A stretch of DNA of 64,000 nt from Azolla caroliniana (lineage: Eukaryota > Plantae > Polypodiophyta), in the NCBI GenBank assembly GCA_043228905.1, contig JBHGNT010000006.1, positions 2,728,001-2,792,000 on the forward strand, given 5' to 3'. Numbering within the stretch: the first letter of the stretch is position 1; the number at the start of each line of letters is the position of its first letter. A model generated the notes under the pieces. The model made no database searches. It was not told the DNA's origin and saw nothing but the letters and a program-made list of their open reading frames with translations. Both the position numbers and the translations under genes were made by a program. Of the stretch, positions 10,401 to 23,389 are shown piece by piece.

Positions 10401-11739
10401 CTCGTTGATGGGAGACGTTAGGTATCTTATGTGGAGTATGCTTGTTTTTGTCTATAGGTATAAAAAAGATATGAGATCAAGCAACACATTCAATAAATTG
10501 ATGAAATGGTTTCATCTACTTAATTTGACACTTCTCTACATCAGTGTTATGATACATGAGTTTATTATTTCATTGATTTCCTTTTATCATTGACAAATAA
10601 TAGTAGCTCATATGCAAACAAATGTTTTTGCTGAAAATTAGAGGTCTATGCTTTTGTTAAAGTTCATTGATTGGTTTATCCGTTTTTAGTTAGGCAAATC
10701 AATATCATAACATTTCGAGTGAACATATGAAAAGCATGGATGACATGTAGTTTTTCATGAGGATTAATATTGATGATCTGCAAAAATTGCATGCCTTTAT
10801 ATAAACTTGAAAAGCATGAGTTTAATTCAAGAAATCTAAAATATCTTCTTAACTACTGCCAATAACAATAACAAGTGATAAACTCTAATGTTGTGGAGCT
10901 ATTGTGCATGAAACAAAGAGAAATCCAATGTGGTGCGACAAAATAATCAGATGGGAAAGGAATAACGAACTATGTTTTTCATTGAAGAGGAAGTCAATGT
11001 GTTTTAGACAAAAATGGGCCATTTGATAAAATATTGTGAGTCCCCAATGCACATAATCATACATCCTAAACTATTGTGAATTTATTAGGGCCAATAAAAT
11101 GTGAACCATTGGAATGGGTTGAACACATTTTCGTGCTCACATAAGTCCATTTGTCTTCAATCATGGTCTTCATGTGTTAAAGTTGTGGAGCTATGGGAGC
11201 CCTCGGGCCTTGAACCCAATTAAATGGGTAAAGGAAAAGATGCAAATAAGAGGGGAAGAGTAACAACATAATTATTTTATCAATGAAGGATGAATCCCCT
11301 TGGGCCTTGACCGGTGTTGGGCAAAGTCCCAGGAACAGTGTTAGCGTTCCGGTTGGGTTGGGACTTTTGCCGGCCAAGGTGGGGGACAGCCGGAATTGAT
11401 TTCGGCCAAGTTTTCCTACCAACCAGAATCTAGCCGGTTCATATTTTTTGAACCGGCTATTTATATAGTTTATGAAAAAAATAAAGGTAAAAAAAAGTTT
11501 ATATATATATATTTCATGTTTTTCCCCTTTTTTTGTTTTACTTTCCACCCTCTTTTTGTTTTTCTCCCTCTCTGTCGTCGTCTGATTTCCTCCTACTCCC
11601 TCCTTGCTCGTTGCTCCCTCCTCGTTGCTCACTGCTCCCTCCTCATTGCTCGTTGCCATTCCTCCTTCCTACTTCCTAGTTGTTCGTTAACAACTGCTTG
11701 TTATTCATTGTTCATTCATTGCTCACTGCTCACTGCCCA

Positions 11740-12663
11740 TAGCTTGTTGCTTCTCCCTCGTTGATTGTCGGCGGCCTCTCATCACTCAGAAATTGCCGCT
11801 CGTCACTCGCTGATTGCCGCTCATCACTCGTCGCCCATCATTCGTCACTCAGCTCTCACCACTCGACGATTCGCGCGCGTTTCTTGTCGCTCGTTGATCG
11901 TCGCTTGTTACTTGCTGCTCACTAGGAGTTGTGCATTGCTCATCACTCGCTGCTCTCTATTGTTGGGTGAGTGCACATTTTTAAGTATTAGGGTCTTGTA
12001 CCCTCAATCCATTTTCTCATATAATTATGTGAATGTCATTGCCTTGTTTATTTTCCTTCTAGATTGTATGTTTTTACACTAGAATATACATATTAATAAG
12101 CGTAGTCTTCATGTACGTAATTTGATGACAATAAGACCTTAAGATCAATCATAAAATGTAATAATAATGAAGAGATTCATTTTGCAATACATTGCAAATC
12201 GCCCACAGCTCGTTGCTTCTTCCTCGTTGATTGTCGGCGGCCGCTCATCACTCAGAAATTGCCACTCGTCACTCACTGATTGCCGCTCGTCACTCGTCGC
12301 CCATCATTCGTTACTCACCGCTCACCACTCGACGATTCACACGCGTTACTTGCCGCTCGTTGATCGTTGCTCGTTACTTGCCACTCACTAGGAGTTGTGC
12401 ATTGCTCGTCACTCGCTGCTCTCTATTGTTGGGTGAGTGCACATTTTTAAGTATTAGGGTCTTGTACCCTCAATCCATTTTCTCATATAATTATGTGAAT
12501 GTCATTGCCTTGTTTAGTTTCCTTCTAGATTGTATGTTTTTACTCTAGAATATACATATTAATAAGCGTAGTCTTCATGTACGTAGTTTGATGACTATAA
12601 GACCTTAAGATCAATCATAAAATGTAATAATAATGAAGAGATTCATTTTGCAATACATTGCAA
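11740..12663. repeat. ~466-bp tandem duplication inside the hAT element, with a CG-rich low-complexity part
   Basis: 11740-12197 and 12207-12663 are near-identical (ORFs 11765-12082 and 12231-12548 are near-identical translations). Confidence 0.93.
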
Positions 12664-12724
12664 TGTTGGTTTTCAATCAAACACTCATGTATGACATTTT
12701 CTATTATCAAGTGATTTGATCACT

Positions 12725-13023
12725 TTTTAAACGTCTCTTGAACATTGTAAGGAAAGGATGTGATATCATTGCAAAGTATGTGCATTTGGGGAAGAGGGTC
12801 ACATCTTCATGCTTCTTTTTAGTGGGTGAACATGAAGTTGTGTTCAAGATGTAAGGGAACTAGGTGTGGAAAGAGTTTTTAAATGTCTCTTGAACATTGT
12901 AAGGCAAAGATGTGGGATCATTGCAAAGTATGTGCATTGGAGAAGAGGATTACATCTTCATGCTTCTTTTTAGTGGGTGAACATGAACTTGTGAAGATGT
13001 AATGGAACTAGGTGTGGAAAGAG
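12725..13023. repeat. ~148-bp tandem duplication inside the hAT element
   Basis: tttttaaa.gtctcttgaacattgtaagg...gaactaggtgtggaaagag occurs twice. Confidence 0.88.
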
Positions 13024-13859
13024 ATTTGCTCTTCTTCATCATCATCATCAAGGGGCTACTATGATAAACAAATTAACGAATCTGAAATACTATTTACTTA
13101 TTACAATATAACTAGATGAACCAACAAATTTGAGATGAGAATCATCATGTAATTCAAACACATGTAGTGGACAATAGGTTGAAAATTGGGAGGGAATTAT
13201 GTACAACAAATTATCTTAGCACAAGAAAAGCATAGAAAGATGATGGGAATAGACAAGAATAAATCACAAGGAGGCACGTACATTCTATTACTACCTCGCA
13301 TTCGTATTGTCATCTTGTTTGTGATCTCTAAAGTGTATCTCAAAATCTTTCCTACTAGATGCATTTTGTGGGAAAACGAATTTCTTGACATATTTGAAAT
13401 GATTTTAGCTATGATTTCCTTCTTTTTGACATATTTCTTGTTTGGAAATTTACATTAGCAACATGTGATTCTATGTGTTGAATATGATGTCTTTCTTGGC
13501 CGTTGCAAATCAATTTCTGTCCATTACTCCCATTTGTAAATCAATTCTAATTTATATCTTAAGTTTTTGTGATCTCTAAAGTGTATCTCAAAATCTCAGT
13601 GTTCTAAACTAGAGCTTATTTAATGTGGGTAAGTTAATGTGAGCCATCCTCTTTCTTCTTTATTTTCTGATAGATTGGAAGGTCCATAGTGGAAAATTGA
13701 TCCTTTATTGCCTCGGAAACTTCAAATATCCTAGGTATCTTAATTTGTTTTTTCTTTTTGGAAACATGGATTGTGTATGTAGGTTTCGCCTTCTTGTAAA
13801 TAGAATCCATATATTATGTTAGTCAAACATTCTCTGCATTATTGTTACAGACTTACAGT

Positions 13860-15994
13860 ATGTCCCAAAACAAGAATATGAAAGGCAAAGGAAAGCAAAT
13901 TAGCCTCTTTACAATGCCCGGCTTTAGGAAAAACTTGCCATCTAAAGAAGATGTGTCTCTAGAAGAGCCTATAAAGGACCATCAACACTCCGAAGAATTA
14001 CTTCATGAGATGAATAGAATTAGTAAGGCCAAACTAAAATTTCAAGAAGATTGGCTTACTAAATTTAAGTGGCTTCAAGAGGATTTAGAAACTGGTCTTT
14101 TATGGTGTAGTTATTGTAGGAGTGATCCTCATAGTAAGTCTTCATTTGGCAAAACAGGTGCCAAAAACTTTAAGACTTCCGCATTAGAAGAACATGCAAG
14201 AAGTGTGGCCCATCGAGATGCCATTTTGTTACAAGAACGTGACAAGAATGGTCTTGAAAAATGTGCATAAAAAAAAAAGCAAGTGTGGATGTAGCAATTG
14301 AAAAATTGTTAAAATGTGCATATTTTATAGCTAAAGAGGATTTAGCATTTAGAAAATTGGAAAGCCTCTTACGATTGTTAAGAGAATGTGGTGTGGAAGG
14401 CCTTCCACGAATGTATAACGATAATAAGGCTTGATCTACCATGAGGGTAACCAAGAACTTGATTCTTTATGCTACATTTGTGGAAGGAAGGCAAGTAAGA
14501 ACCTCTTATTTGGGGTTACTTGAAGTAGAGGATGGTACATCAAACACAATAACAGAAAGCATTTTAGCATTATTAAAAAAGTGGAACTTAGATGTTAGAA
14601 AAATGATGGGATTCGGAAGTGATGGAGCATCTGTTATGGTAGGTATGTCTACAAGTGTTGCTACAAGATTGAAGTCATATAACCCATTTATGACTTCCTT
14701 ATATTGTTGTGCACATCGAACAAACTTGTGTGTGCAAGAGGCTTCAAAGAACATCGAAGTCAAAGAAACATGTAAGCAGTTAGATGCCCTTGTGAATCGG
14801 GTGGCTGCACATTTCTCGAGGAGCTCACTGCGCCAAGGTGAAATAACTAAGATGCAAGATGCACTAGAATACACACATTTGCATATTCTTGAGATTGTGA
14901 AAACACGATGGCTTAGTCGGCATGGTGCTATCATGAGGGTATGTGATGTGTATGAACCCTTGATGAAGACTTTACAATCACAAAGTGATGCATACAATGT
15001 ATTCGTAAGTTTAAGAAACTTCAAAGTAGTGTATATGCTTCACTTTCTTGCAGATGTACTTAAGATCATGTCAACGTTAAGTATGGAATTCCAAAAGGAA
15101 TATGTGGATGTGACATGCATTGAAGGTTTGGCTATGATAGCCATTGGGGAGATCGAAGAACAATTTCTCGATCATGTTATGATGGATCTAAATGGTTTTG
15201 AGAAGGATAGCTATAGTTATCCAATTATTCCAGAATATGGTAGAGAAAAAGGAATGCTTTCAGTTTTAAGAGATGCTATTAAAGGTAATATGTATAAAAG
15301 CATCCTCATGGATAGATGTATTGATGGTGAGGACTTGATTGAAGCCATACAATTCCAAACTTTGTTTTCTAAGGCATTAATAGAGACAATAAAAAAGAGG
15401 CTTCAAGATCCGATAACTCTTTGCGCATTGAAAATGTTATCACCAATGAACATGTCTGCCGGATCTACAAGCATTTTAGCACGAAAAACTATGGGTCTTA
15501 ATGAGTTGAAAACACTTGGAAATTTTTATGGCATTCAAAAAATGGTAGATGGGAGAGCGTTTTCTCCCATAATTGATAATGATAAATTGTATGATGAATA
15601 TGCAATTTTCAAAAGGCAAGCTACCACGGAATGGCTTGGAAGAGATTTCTTAGATGTTTGGGGTATGATAAATTGTAATGATGTGTGGAAAGAAAAGCTA
15701 CCCGAACTTCTAAAGATTGCATTGATAGGTTTAATCCAATGTTCTTCTACAGCAGCGTGTGAGAGAGGCTTTAGTCGCCTAAATCTAATAAAAAATAAGT
15801 TTAGAAATAGGTTGAAAAACAATGTGATTGATGCATTGATACGAATCTCTATTGAAGGACTTGAACTAGAAGAACATGACTTCAATGCTAGCATTTTGTT
15901 GTGGCGAGAAAGCAAGGCATATCGTCATATTTTTACAGGAACTTCTCATGAGCATGATGATAAGATCGAGGACTTCATAGAAGATATAGATTAA
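13860..15994 (+). pseudogene. hAT transposase, ZNF862-like (TTF-type zinc finger, DDE core, C-terminal dimerisation domain), disrupted
   Basis: FQEDWLTKFKWL..WCSYC..LEEHARSVAH; GFGSDGASVM; CCAHRTNL; TRWLS; STAACERGFSRLNLIKNKFRNRL. TAA at 14268, frameshift in the A-run 14269-14278, TGA at 14432 with apparent loss of the DESTD segment. Confidence 0.88.
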
Positions 15995-16789
15995 AACTTT
16001 ATAAATGTGATCGATTTTGTTTTGGAACTTTCTATATATTACATCTAATTTGATCTAATATGTTGTTAATGCTACTTTACAAAGGTTTGAAAAGTGAAAT
16101 ATGTTTATAAAGTTAGAATTTTTTTTGGAAAATATATATCTTTAGTTTTTGGGTTCCAAAATTTTGTAATTGATTTGATTTGGTATTGCATTAGATTTTT
16201 TTTTGGTTATGCGGCCAAAAAAATTTCAACATGTTCCGGTTGACATTGTTGTTGGTAGGAACGTGGCCGGCCAAAATTTTAAAATTCCGGTTAGGTTCAT
16301 GAGAAGCAGGAAAATTTCCGGTAGGGGCTACAAACTTTGCCCAACACTGGCCTTGACCCTTTTACACAAGTTGACTTTTTATAGGCCATTTACCACATTG
16401 TGCTCAAATCAATCTGAATGAGCATAAAAGGGATAAATAGAACACTACAACTAATGATTAACCAAATAAACATATAAGTAAATGACAAAAATTGATTAAG
16501 GGCACTTTCTATCCCAACCAACAAAGGAATTTAGATGAACAAGAAACAATATTGGTGTCACATCCAACTGATATATTGTTAGAAAGAGACTTGCCACACT
16601 ATTGATGTCTCATCTTGTTTCGATGAAGATATTTGTCTCCCACAATGAGGTTAGGTACTCCTCCTTTTGTACTTGCACCTTAGTTCCTCAAGTCCCCACA
16701 TGTACTTGCCATGTATCATGAAATTATATGAGTCGCCTCAATTCCCAATATACCTTTAAAATCATCCGAGTATTACTATTAAAAAACAC

Positions 16790-17030
16790 ATCATGATTCA
16801 TGGTTCCACTTGAGCCATTTAATCTTGAATTCTTGAATTGATTTAGAATGTAGACTTTTAGTTTTGAACACAAGAAGGTGCTCTAGTACACAAGGTTTAC
16901 AAGATAAATCCTCAAGGGTAACCAAATCCTTAACACCGATGTAGTGTTAGCGTCAGAACGTAAGAGTTCTTTCAAACGACTAACATGAAAAATTGGATGA
17001 ATAGTAAACCTTGAAAACGTGGCGTTAAAG
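16790..17030 (-). mobile_element. Degenerate Ty3/gypsy integrase C-terminus/chromodomain fragment
   Basis: IHPIFHVSRLKELL followed by KTKSLHSKSIQEFKIKW (chromodomain-like) on the minus strand. Confidence 0.65.
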
Positions 17031-17132
17031 GGGAGAAAAAACCAATATTGACACATAGAGAGAGCGAGTGAAAGGGGTGAAAGCATATGAATGGAAACAC
17101 TATTATAGTTAACATGTAGCTAAATTTACCAC

Positions 17133-17270
17133 TAGGGATTGACAACAGTTTGGTTTAGGCTTGAACCAAACCATTTTAGGGTTCTCAAACCTAACCAAAC
17201 CAATCCCTGAACTGGTTTGGCCTAAACTGGTTTGGCCTAAACTGGTTTGTGAATCGGTTTGGGAAGTGGT
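17133..17270. mobile_element. Terminal fragment of a hAT-type MITE (family of 59000-59202)
   Basis: TAGGGATTGACAACAG terminus followed by AAACC/GGTTT subterminal motifs. Related motif clusters at ~21995-22148 and ~22850-22980. Confidence 0.5.
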
Positions 17271-19043
17271 TTGTGCACCTCACCATTATTCTTGTTCCCC
17301 TCAACCTCAACAACATCATCAACAACACCACAACCACAACCACCATCACAATCTCATATACAAATATATGATGGCTATGGAGACATGCATGCCAATTCCC
17401 ATGCTTCTTCAATTATACACCTTGCTTGCTAGCACATGGACATGACTTGCCCTCGGCCTTGCCACCATAGCCACCTTAATCTGAGCTTTCTTCACTTGAC
17501 CTCGTCTCTATGAACCTATCTCTCTTCCTCCCTCCTCTCTTCCTCCCACAAATCAATCCAATATGTTAGGTAAGGAAAATGAATCCATTGTAGCAAACAA
17601 AAAAACGAAAGCCATAAAAGGTAAAGAAAATTATTGCATTAAAGAAGAAGAAGAAAGAAATAAAAGAGAGAGTATGCTATGATCATACGATGACTATGGG
17701 GTTCTCCTATTGGATAATAATTGTATACAAAAAACTCCAATGATTTAACCCAAGAAGCAACAATTACATTATATAGTTAGAGAAGAGGAAAGTATACATC
17801 TTTCACATTCTTGGCTCTCAAGAAGTGTTTCCTTTGACAAGCAATTTTGGTGGGATAAATTGTTGGAACCCAAGCTTGGCATGTCATGGGCATGCCACAT
17901 AGACCTAATTTTTGGCCAAATAAATTGGGGGAAAATATCATTGGCTACTATCGAAGAAGATCATCAACGGAATATACCTAATTTTTGGTCGTATAAATTG
18001 GGGGAAAATATGAATGGTTATTATCGAAGAAGAGATCAACGACCATCATCAAAGAACTTGAAGGTTGGGAGTGCCAAAGAGGATTAGCACGGATCAATGA
18101 ATTAGTGATTAAAACAGTGTAGTGATTACATGAAGTCAAAAGGCGTGTAGGCTACAAGCAGGAGGTCGTCGTCGTCCACTACGGACCATACATAGTTAAG
18201 CAACTATTTTTTTAGCTAATATTTAGTGAGAAAATCTTAAAGATACATATAATTTATTATGGGGAAGGAAATATTACAATTTATGGTACACACTTAAGTC
18301 AGTCTTTATTTAAGATACCTAAAATTGTCAAACCTAAATTATATTCAGTTTTCCTATGGCTAATTAGTTATGCTAAGGAATGGGAAAATCTTAAAGATGC
18401 ATATAATTTATTATGGGAAAAAACATATTACTATTTATGGTATACATTTAAGTCGATCTTTATCTGAGATACATTTAGTAATCCTAAAAATTACCAAACC
18501 ACTATACTACATGGACCTTTTTGTGTACTTAATTAATTATGCTATAATAAATGCTATAATAAATGGAGAGCAATTAGAAGCTTTGATACGAGAGACAAAG
18601 GTAGAAAAGGGATAAGGGGAAGGTGATGATCCAGACTTTTGTATGGACAGAGGGATAGGAGGTAATAAATAAATAAAAGACACGCACATTTGTTTGACAA
18701 ATTAATGGGCAATGAATGCAGTGAGTGTTGGGCTAGGGGAGGAGGAAAAGAAGAGATAGAGAGAGAAAGAAAGAAAGAAATATTAACGTCTTCTAAGACC
18801 AAAATTGGCCCATGAAACAATTAGTTTACAACAAAAATGGGGTATTTTACCCATTCATCGAGAAAGAAAGATATATTAACGTATTCTAAAACCAAAATTG
18901 GCCCAACAGTCTTCTAAGGCCAAGATTGGGGAGAGCTAAAAAACGTGAATGTGATGAGCATGATATATGCCTGCATTCAATGCCCGTGTAGATGTCTATA
19001 TCATATATGTAAGTATATGGACTATATGGACATATATGTCTGT

Positions 19044-19090
<47 letters not shown>

Positions 19091-19161
19091 TGTAGAGTAG
19101 TATAGTAGATTGAAGTAGTAACAGTTGTGGTGAGATCTGGGTGCCGGTTGAGGGCCCGAAC

Positions 19162-21335
19162 ATGCTACTCTCTGCACTCCATATCCGCATGAATCAGAAG
19201 CTGCGGCTGATTCTTCTTCCCTTTTTCTTCTTCTTCTTCTTCTTCTTCTTCTTCGGTTCCCCATCTCTCTCCGACAGCTTGCCTTCTGTTTGCCAGATGC
19301 TCGACCCCAGCCCTTCTCTCCAACAGTTCATTGCCCCTCTCACTTTCCCCCCCCTCCTCCATCTCTCTGACCTTCATCAACTCACTCTTGGAGCTTACAG
19401 AATCACTCAGGTATGACTTTCATCTTGAAGCAACCACCACAACGTTCTGTTGATCCATACATATATATATATATATATATATATGTATATGTATATTCTC
19501 TCAGTTATAAATCTGTTATTAGCTGACTGTTTGAAATTACTCATGGAGTTCTGCTTTCTTAATTCACAGAAGCTGCACCCCGATCTTCCAGAGACTGGGT
19601 TATATGCTTATGGCATCAGTGAGGAGGATGCTATTTATCCTGGACCAACGCTTGTGGTGAATCAATTCTCACATAATGCTATAAAACATAAACGCCTTTG
19701 CTTCTTTTTTTTATGTCCCAGTAATTTAAACGTGGATGCTTTAAACATCCATGGCATGTGCTTTTTTATGTTCAGTAATTTAAACGTGGATGCGTTAAAC
19801 ATATCCATGTGCTTATTTATGTTCAGTAATTTAAAGGTGGGTGCTATCTTCTGTTTGCTTTTGGTTTTGTGACACAGGCCACAAAGGATATGGCCACCCA
19901 TATTCGATGGGAGAACCATATCCCGGACAAGCGACACTTCTTAACGGTAGACGAGACCCTACAATGGGCAGACCCGGAGTGGGGGGGTGTGCCCATTGTG
20001 ACACACTTGCATGGTGCCGAGGTCCAGAGCTCCTCGGACGGACATCCTGAGGCTTGGTTCACTCCGTCCGGCGAGACTGGGCCGACCTACTTGGGCCAAA
20101 ACTACACTTATCCTAACAATCAACCCCCGGCTCTGCTATGGTACCACGACCACACCATTGGTATGACCCGCCTCAATGTCGTTAGTGGGTTAGCCGGCAT
20201 GTATATCATCACTTCCCAACAAGAGAAGCAGCTCGGTCTCCCTCTAGGACTCCCCCTTGTCCTACAAGACCGCCAATTCTATGCCAATGGGTCCATCAAT
20301 TTCCCTACCCTCGGTGTCCTCCCCGACACGCACCCGCAATGGTGCCCCGAATATTACGGCGACACAATTCTTGTCAATGGTGTGGTTTGGCCTTACCTCA
20401 GGGTGTTTCCCCGCCCGTATCGCTTCCGCTTGCTTAATGGTTGTAGCGCCCGATTCTTCGTGTTGTCATTGAGCGAGCCGGCCTTGTCTTTCTATCAGAT
20501 TGGCACCGATGGTGGGTTTGTGCGTGATGGACCATGGAACCGAACCACCCTAACCATTGCTCCGGCCGAGAGAATTGACGTGATCATAGACTTCTCCTTG
20601 GTTGGGAGTGGTAGTAAGGTTGTGCTCAATAACTCCGGCGCGACACCGTTTCCATCCGGAGACACGTTCCAGGCTCCTCCAGGAACACGGGCTGTGATGG
20701 AGTTCATAGTTGTCGATGAAGATGGTATTTCGGATGGGATAGTAGATCTTCCCATAAACCTTGATTTGCTTGTTGAAAGAGATGAGGCCCCATTATCCAA
20801 AGATAATGTAGCCATGACTCGGAGTCTTAGTGTCGTCGAGTATGATGACTCCAATCACATGCCACTTCAGTTCACACTTGAGAACAAGACATGGGAGGAC
20901 CCGGTTGTTGTGACACCTGTAGAAGGGGTGACTGAATTGTGGGAGTTCATGAACCTTAAGATTAATTCTCACCCTCTTCACATTCATCTCACTAGTTTCC
21001 AAGTCTTGAATCAACAAGAATTTGCAAACGCGGATTATGAGTCTGGCATTTGCTCCCTCGACAAGCCTTACCTTGAGGAAGGATCTTGCTTCACTGAAGC
21101 TCCAGTAGACCCCTATGACTATCAGAAAGGATGGAAAGATACAGTTATATTATGGCCAAGTTTTATAACACGAGTGCTTATTCGATTTAGCGCACGGAAT
21201 GGATCTTCTTTCAAGTTTGATCCCACGGATGGTCCTGGCTATCTATGGCATTGCCACATTGTGGACCATGAGGATAATGTGATGATGAGGCCATTTAGGG
21301 TCGTTAGGAATATTAGTACATATTCTTATTCCTAG
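19162..21335 (+). CDS. LPR1: Multicopper oxidase LPR1/LPR2-like; exons 19162(or 19189)-19410, 19570-19656, 19878-21335
   Basis: Cu motifs HLHG, WYHDH, HPLHIHL and HCHIVDHEDNVMMRP; LPR-typical KLHPDLP, PGPT, W.NH.P..H.L..D.T, HPQW.PEY.GD, PFPSGD, GWKDTV; two phase-0 GT-AG introns keep the frame; N-terminal hydrophobic signal. Confidence 0.92.
19717..19845. repeat. ~47-bp intronic tandem repeat x3
   Basis: cagtaatttaaa(c/g)gtgg(a/g)tgc at 19719, 19773 and 19824. Confidence 0.8.
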
Positions 21336-23358
21336 AAGTGTTCATGTGGGTTGACTTGAATAGATAGTGTGATGAAGTGTTGGGTTAAGTGTTTGTAAGA
21401 GGCTATTGGCTAGATAAATAAGGTAATTAGTAATGACACTATTTCCATTGCTTGTATGTATAACCATCATGCAATGAACTAGTTTCAAATTTCAGTAACA
21501 TGGTCATAATCTTAACCTTAACCTTACCCTAAACTTTACTTTGTATCACATGGGCTTTTGGAAAATGTCTTCCCAAATGACCAATAAGTCACGGAGCTAT
21601 ACAATAAAACCGTGATATAATTGGGTTTTTGATAATCTAGTAATTGTAAGTTCTATATCTTTGATACATTTATATACTAATCATCAGACGTGCATGCATG
21701 CACAAATACCCATGCCCTTCCCTTGTAAAGTTGTACCACTTGCACACTTGTGTACAACTCAACAATCTTTTTGGTGTTTACCTTTGCTACGTGGCTACAT
21801 CTTTATGTAGAATGTGCATGCCCAAGCACAAGCACATGAACCACACTCACTACCTCATAATGATTGTTTGCAATTAAATAAAAATGAAAGATATTTGTAA
21901 ACAGATGCAAGGTTGAAGCAATGGTGCACTTGATGGCAACAATTAAATTTTTATTTTTTATTTTTATTTTAAAAAAAATTTAAAAATAAAAAAACATCAA
22001 ACCATTAAAACCAAGCCTTTCAGCCCCTGAAACCAAACCGTTAAAAAAAACTTGAAGTTGAACCGAACAGTTTTAACCGTTAAGCTACGGTTTTGTGGTT
22101 TTGTTCAGTTCAGGACCGAATTGTTGCCAATTGTTAATTTCAAGCCTATTAACTCGCCAATGGGGTAATATAGGATATTCTTTAATAACAATACATGTTT
22201 CCAAACCACTTTTTTTATTCTTTGAACTACTTTTTGTTGAGTTCGACAACATGGGTATTGCTTTTATGTTACTTCCATGATGAGATTAATGTAATGTGGA
22301 AACTATACTAAGGATTTATATAAAAACATTGTATTCATTGGTGGGTAAAGATGTTATGGAAGGATTTGTATGCTAATTCAATATATGATGAATGTGGATC
22401 TTCGAACTATGCATAGAAAATGTTATTAGAGAAGAATTTAAAATGAACAAACCTATTTTCAATCTCAGGAGGGTTACCGGTGAAGATATGAAACAAATGT
22501 TTATGTTGGTATGTGTGTTTTTCGCCATACACGTGGGCTTATTCATAGAAGATTCCGTCGATTTTTCTTGTAATCATGATTTTGTAGAGATTATGGAGTG
22601 TCCACACATTACCATTTGTCTTGGAACTTAAAGTTTGAAGGGGGAGTCATGCATCATCCTTCACTTGGGTTTTGTATAATGTGACATGTGAACTAATCTA
22701 TGTGGTTATAGCTTAAATTTAAAACTTGATAATCATATTTCATTTTACATAATTTATAAAGCTAATTTATATATTTAATAAATATCTCATAAATATCCCC
22801 GTAATGCATTAAGCCATTAAATTGCTAAGTTGTTATAACATTAAGCCAAAAAAGGCTGAAATTGAAACCTTGAACCCCCAACTAGGCTGTTTACAATATT
22901 GTAAACCTAAAACAAACTAGTTAAGACATCAAGCTACAGTTTTGTGACTCTTTTCAGCTCAAACCAACTATTCGTAGCTATATACCTCTCCATAAAAAGG
23001 AGTTATGAAATACAACATTCTCTAAACTTCCTCGTATGTGTGCGAGAGAAATTGTTTAATGAATGGATGTGATTTGTTTCTTAATATTTCGTAATGTTGA
23101 AGAACAAACAATGTATGATGTTGTATAGTATAAGAATAGACACTAGTCTATAACACGTCATATTTGCCAAAACATTTTCCTAAAGTTAAAAAGAAAAGAA
23201 ATCATTCTGTTAGCCTTCATCCAACAATGGTCGCCCTCTCCCTTTCTTGAAGTAATAGGTCTCCATGTAAGATGGAACTATTGAGCCCCTTCTATGGTTT
23301 GTAATTAATGTTTACAAATATATAAATTTTATAAATAATGGAAGGAGTTTTTGTTTTA

Positions 23359-23389
<31 letters not shown>

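Larger units (their letters stand above)
11312..16349 (+). mobile_element. hAT-superfamily DNA transposon, 5038 bp
   Basis: 16-bp TIRs CGGTGTTGGGCAAAGT and ACTTTGCCCAACACTG (one mismatch); perfect 8-bp TSD GCCTTGAC (11304-11311 and 16350-16357); CCGG-rich subterminal repeats at both ends; internal transposase. Confidence 0.96.

Noticed and set aside
11177-12548. ORFs of 105-160 aa in the hAT 5' region
   Set aside because: Low-complexity translations of a repeat tract with no recognisable domain.
14261-14281. Programmed frameshift at the A-run joining the transposase ORFs
   Set aside because: An in-frame TAA begins the run and a second stop and deletion follow at 14432; ordinary decay is simpler.
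17133-22148. Pack-hAT carrying the LPR1 gene between MITE-like ends
   Set aside because: The flanks TTTACCAC and TTAACTCG match only 4/8 and the ends are not convincing inverted repeats.
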